Assembly (NCBI RefSeq): GCF_025526975.1
Contig: NW_026515671.1
Coordinates: forward strand, 1,426,001-1,490,000
DNA length: 64,000 bases
Origin: Fimicolochytrium jonesii
Taxonomy: Eukaryota
Direction of reading: 5' to 3'
The translations under genes and the position numbers were made by a program. The notes below the pieces were generated by a model. The model saw only the letters and a list, made by a program, of their open reading frames with translations, ran no database searches and was not told the origin of the DNA. Positions 60,911 through 64,000 of this stretch are shown in pieces. Position 1 is the stretch's first letter. Every line of letters begins with the position of its first letter.

Positions 60911-62122
60911 CTACTGCTGCTGCTGCTCAACAACCTCCTTTTCCTTCCCCTCAACCACAATGTACCCATCCGCAGCATAAGCCGGCAACTTCTCATCCGC
61001 GTCCATAGTAACAGCAACCAAAACGGGCACCTGCTCCCCAACAGCGACGTAACCGGCGTTCGAGGGTCCGGCGAGGAAGAGGGTGACAATCCGCATGAAC
61101 GCTGCGGCGACGACGCCGAGGAGGACGCCGAGGAGGGCGGCGAGCAAGAGTTTGGTGATGTAGTGGAGGCCCTGGAACCAGGCGGAGATCTTGCGACCCA
61201 TGCATGCCTTTTTGCCGTGGTGTTTGCCTGGTGAAGTTTGAGGAGTATGTGAGGTCGGACATATGCATTGCGTGAACTTATCGAGGGAAAGCGGACAATC
61301 ATACCCATGGCAGCAATAGTCTCCTTCGAGGCAGCGCAAGGCTTCTTGGCTACGATAGTGCCATCCGGGTGGACCTCAACAACATGTTCCATGACATTTT
61401 GCTGGATGACTTCCTTCCCGTTGACCTCGTTCACAGCTTCGGCAATAGTGAGGCGAGTCACACCGTCCTCGGAAGTCTGGCCCTGGACAAAGACCTTGAG
61501 CCCCACAATGCCGGTCTCGAACGCATCCTTCAATTGCTCGGCGTTCATCATCTTTTGGCCGGCGGCTGTGACGCCCGTGATGACCTCGGCCTCGACCTGT
61601 GGAAAAATCAGGGAAAATCAGTAAGACCATTTGGTTGACATAAATCATCAAGGAATTGGCAAATATCTTCAACCATGGTGGTTATCACTTCGCTCGCGGC
61701 TTACCTGCAAATTGGACATGCCCATGGGCACCGGCTTGCCGTTAATCAAAACCTCAGCTTTAGGAGTCACATCAAACATGACGACAACATCAGAGATGCG
61801 GGTTGCAATGAGGGTCCCATCGATCTTGTCGAGGGAGCCGTCAGCGGCCAAAGCGGCCTCGTTCTTCTCGTCCAGATCAACAATCTGGTCAACCCTCTCT
61901 ACACGAACTACAAAACGGCCAAACTGAGACTCGTGTTCGACACCGTAGAGATCGACGGTTGTTTGGTGGACGTCGTGGACGCCTGGGACGGGGGTTGCGA
62001 GGACACAGGCTGCGGAACGGGAAGTGAGCGTGAGTGGACGGTTCAGGGAGTTGAGGGATGTGCAGGGGGAACTCACCGATGAGAGCCACAAGGGCCAAGA
62101 GGGCGGCATGATACTTAGCCAT
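60911..62122 (-). CDS. Uncharacterised type-I membrane protein (signal peptide, beta-rich lumenal domain, one TM helix, cytosolic LPAY motif), 4 exons
   Basis: MAKYHAALLALVALI|AACVLATP..., TM segment LLLAALLGVLLGVVAAAF, tail GYVAV...EKLPAY; GT-AG introns join the exons in frame. Confidence 0.75.
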
Positions 62123-64000
62123 GGTGACTACGCCGAGGAGATGATGGCCCGGAATGGATGAGCAAAAAGGGGACTATCTGAGTGACAAGTACGTTTGAGA
62201 GACGAATAGAGATGAGGCTAGGTGTGTTACTTCTGATATACGCTTCCAAAACGAGTGGGAAGCCACAAAGGAAGGGAGATTTGGAAAGAGGTTATGGGCC
62301 AAAACTTGGGTTTTGTGAGGCTGGAAACGTCACCACTGCCAAGGCCTCAGAGGGCTCCCCCACATCAAGTCATATCTCATCAAGTCGCGCATGGCGGGTG
62401 GCGAGTGGCTGTTTGTCATCGCCACCCCCCCCCCCCCATTTTGACAGCTTGTCAACAATCGGGCTGGATCCAACTGGGATGTGGAGATTTTCGACTGCTT
62501 CATGGCATACACATTCGCCCTACCACTCCGGTGCAGCGATGTAGCTAATGAGTCACCCCATCCAGGCCTTCAACCACAGAAAGGAAAGACGAGATTCATC
62601 ACACTACACATCATTCTTTCGAGCTATCACGCCCAATATTCAATCCAGCCCGCTTCCGCCGCCGGGCACCCGCGATCAGTTCACACTGCCTGTGGACAGC
62701 GCACCCCGACCGGCGACGCAATGGTTCGAAACCATCGGTTTGCATCAGATCTCGGGGTATTGAACGATATCGACATGTGAAGCAGGCTCGGGGAAGATAT
62801 GGACCATCCCATCACTTGGTTAGCGGCAGGATCACTTGGTTAACGTCTGTAATAAAGGGCAGTACAAGGCCCACCTACTGCGGACGACGGGCTCTGTGCC
62901 TCCCATTTTGAAGAGGGGCACAACCTTGCCCGAGAAGCTGTGGCGCAGGCGATGGAAATGAATAGCAGGTAAGCATTTTGCAGCGATGATCTTGTGGCAC
63001 TCTTTGAGAGACACGCACCATGTGAGCTTTAAACCTAATCGAGTTTGAAATCAAAAGGCGGCAGACGAACTTAACACCTCATCGCAGCCATTCACGGGTT
63101 GCACGCCCGAGTAATCGACCCGTTGTGATTGAGACGGATGTGATCCGAAGCCCGAGCTCGCTCGGTGCATATCTCCCCCATCTACCGCCAGCCAGCCGTG
63201 CGGCACCGGTTTCGCGCGAACATCCGACATCTCTCTCAACAGAAACGCGAAGTGGTTAAATAGGCGACATTAGTGTGGGACGCCTGTTTGCTCCCCCGAG
63301 TGGGAGCCAGGGAGAAAGGGATACTAGCAACATGGGCGCTTTTCTTATCGTCTCTTGGAAATGGTGTGAGCATCACCGTCCTTCGAGTCACTCATGACAA
63401 ACCGGTAGAGTATTTGCGATGGATTTATCGGAGATCAGCGTTGTTGTGGGGAGAAGGCAAAAGGAGGAAATAGAGATGGTGTTAATGAGGACAGAAGGGA
63501 GGAGATTTGTTATGGAAACAACAATTTCTTGGACAAGACCCAGAGGCATTCGTGGGGATTTAACCCTTTCATAGCCTTGGCTTCGACAGGGCTTATGAGG
63601 ACAAGTAAGTACTACTTGCCCGCAGGCAGCTGGAATGGGCCAGAACCTCGCAAATCACATCCTCGGTTTTTTATCACTCAGGAATCTCGGCAACCCCGCA
63701 TTGCTCCAAGTGTCCGACATCCTTTCCCGGGAAACCAAAGAATTAGAGAGCTACTGATGTCGTTAAGGGAGGGATGAGCGCTGGGAGCGCTTTCATGTCA
63801 GCGGGAGTAATAACACACTCTATGTCCTCCCAATATTTGTCTTCAGCTCCTTCTGTATTCCAGTAGATCGGTGCGACGGGCCGCATAACATCAGAAGAGA
63901 GGGAGACTATTACTTGTGACATTTACCTGTATCTTTCGTATAGATGAATGTTATCGGCTGTCCCCCTATGCCAGAGCGACGAGAGAGAACGCTTTTGACA

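Noticed and set aside
1..64000. CRISPR arrays, tRNA or rRNA genes, and the many antisense ORFs overlapping real genes
   Set aside because: No repeat-spacer array, cloverleaf or rRNA motif was recognised; the antisense ORFs reflect high GC and codon bias.

Overview
Eukaryotic, gene-dense DNA with short GT-AG introns, from a fungus. It is most likely a zoosporic (chytrid-type) fungus, inferred from a CCDC148-like gene and a vinculin-family domain sitting beside typical fungal genes (Rom2-type RhoGEF, Gaa1, Ecm4-type GST). The first ~12.5 kb is accessory-like: decayed or unassignable sequence, a 30-bp inverted-repeat pair, a secreted Cys-rich protein with a Lys/His/Thr tail, a SIM-bearing Ulp1-family protease, a frameshifted TPR gene and a disordered hypothetical gene. 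The rest is mostly housekeeping: aldo-keto reductase, SET methyltransferase, omega-like GST, Cu-ATPase, RPL28, paraoxonase-like propeller, COPI epsilon, Rrp3, arginase, hemerythrin/HHE protein, CCDC148, Gaa1, Esf1, Rom2, D-lactate dehydrogenase and Bcs1, plus an HNH-nuclease pseudogene. The most notable observations are: (i) an intronless 'headless' vinculin/alpha-catenin tail protein; (ii) a complete 594-bp hAT-type MITE with an exact 8-bp TSD, carrying telomere-like repeats and an internal 110-bp duplication; (iii) a recurring C-rich then G-rich compositional oscillation inside coding sequence; (iv) a paraoxonase-like enzyme that appears to lack the His dyad. All family calls rest on motif recognition by eye, and exon boundaries are manual predictions. 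No searches were run.
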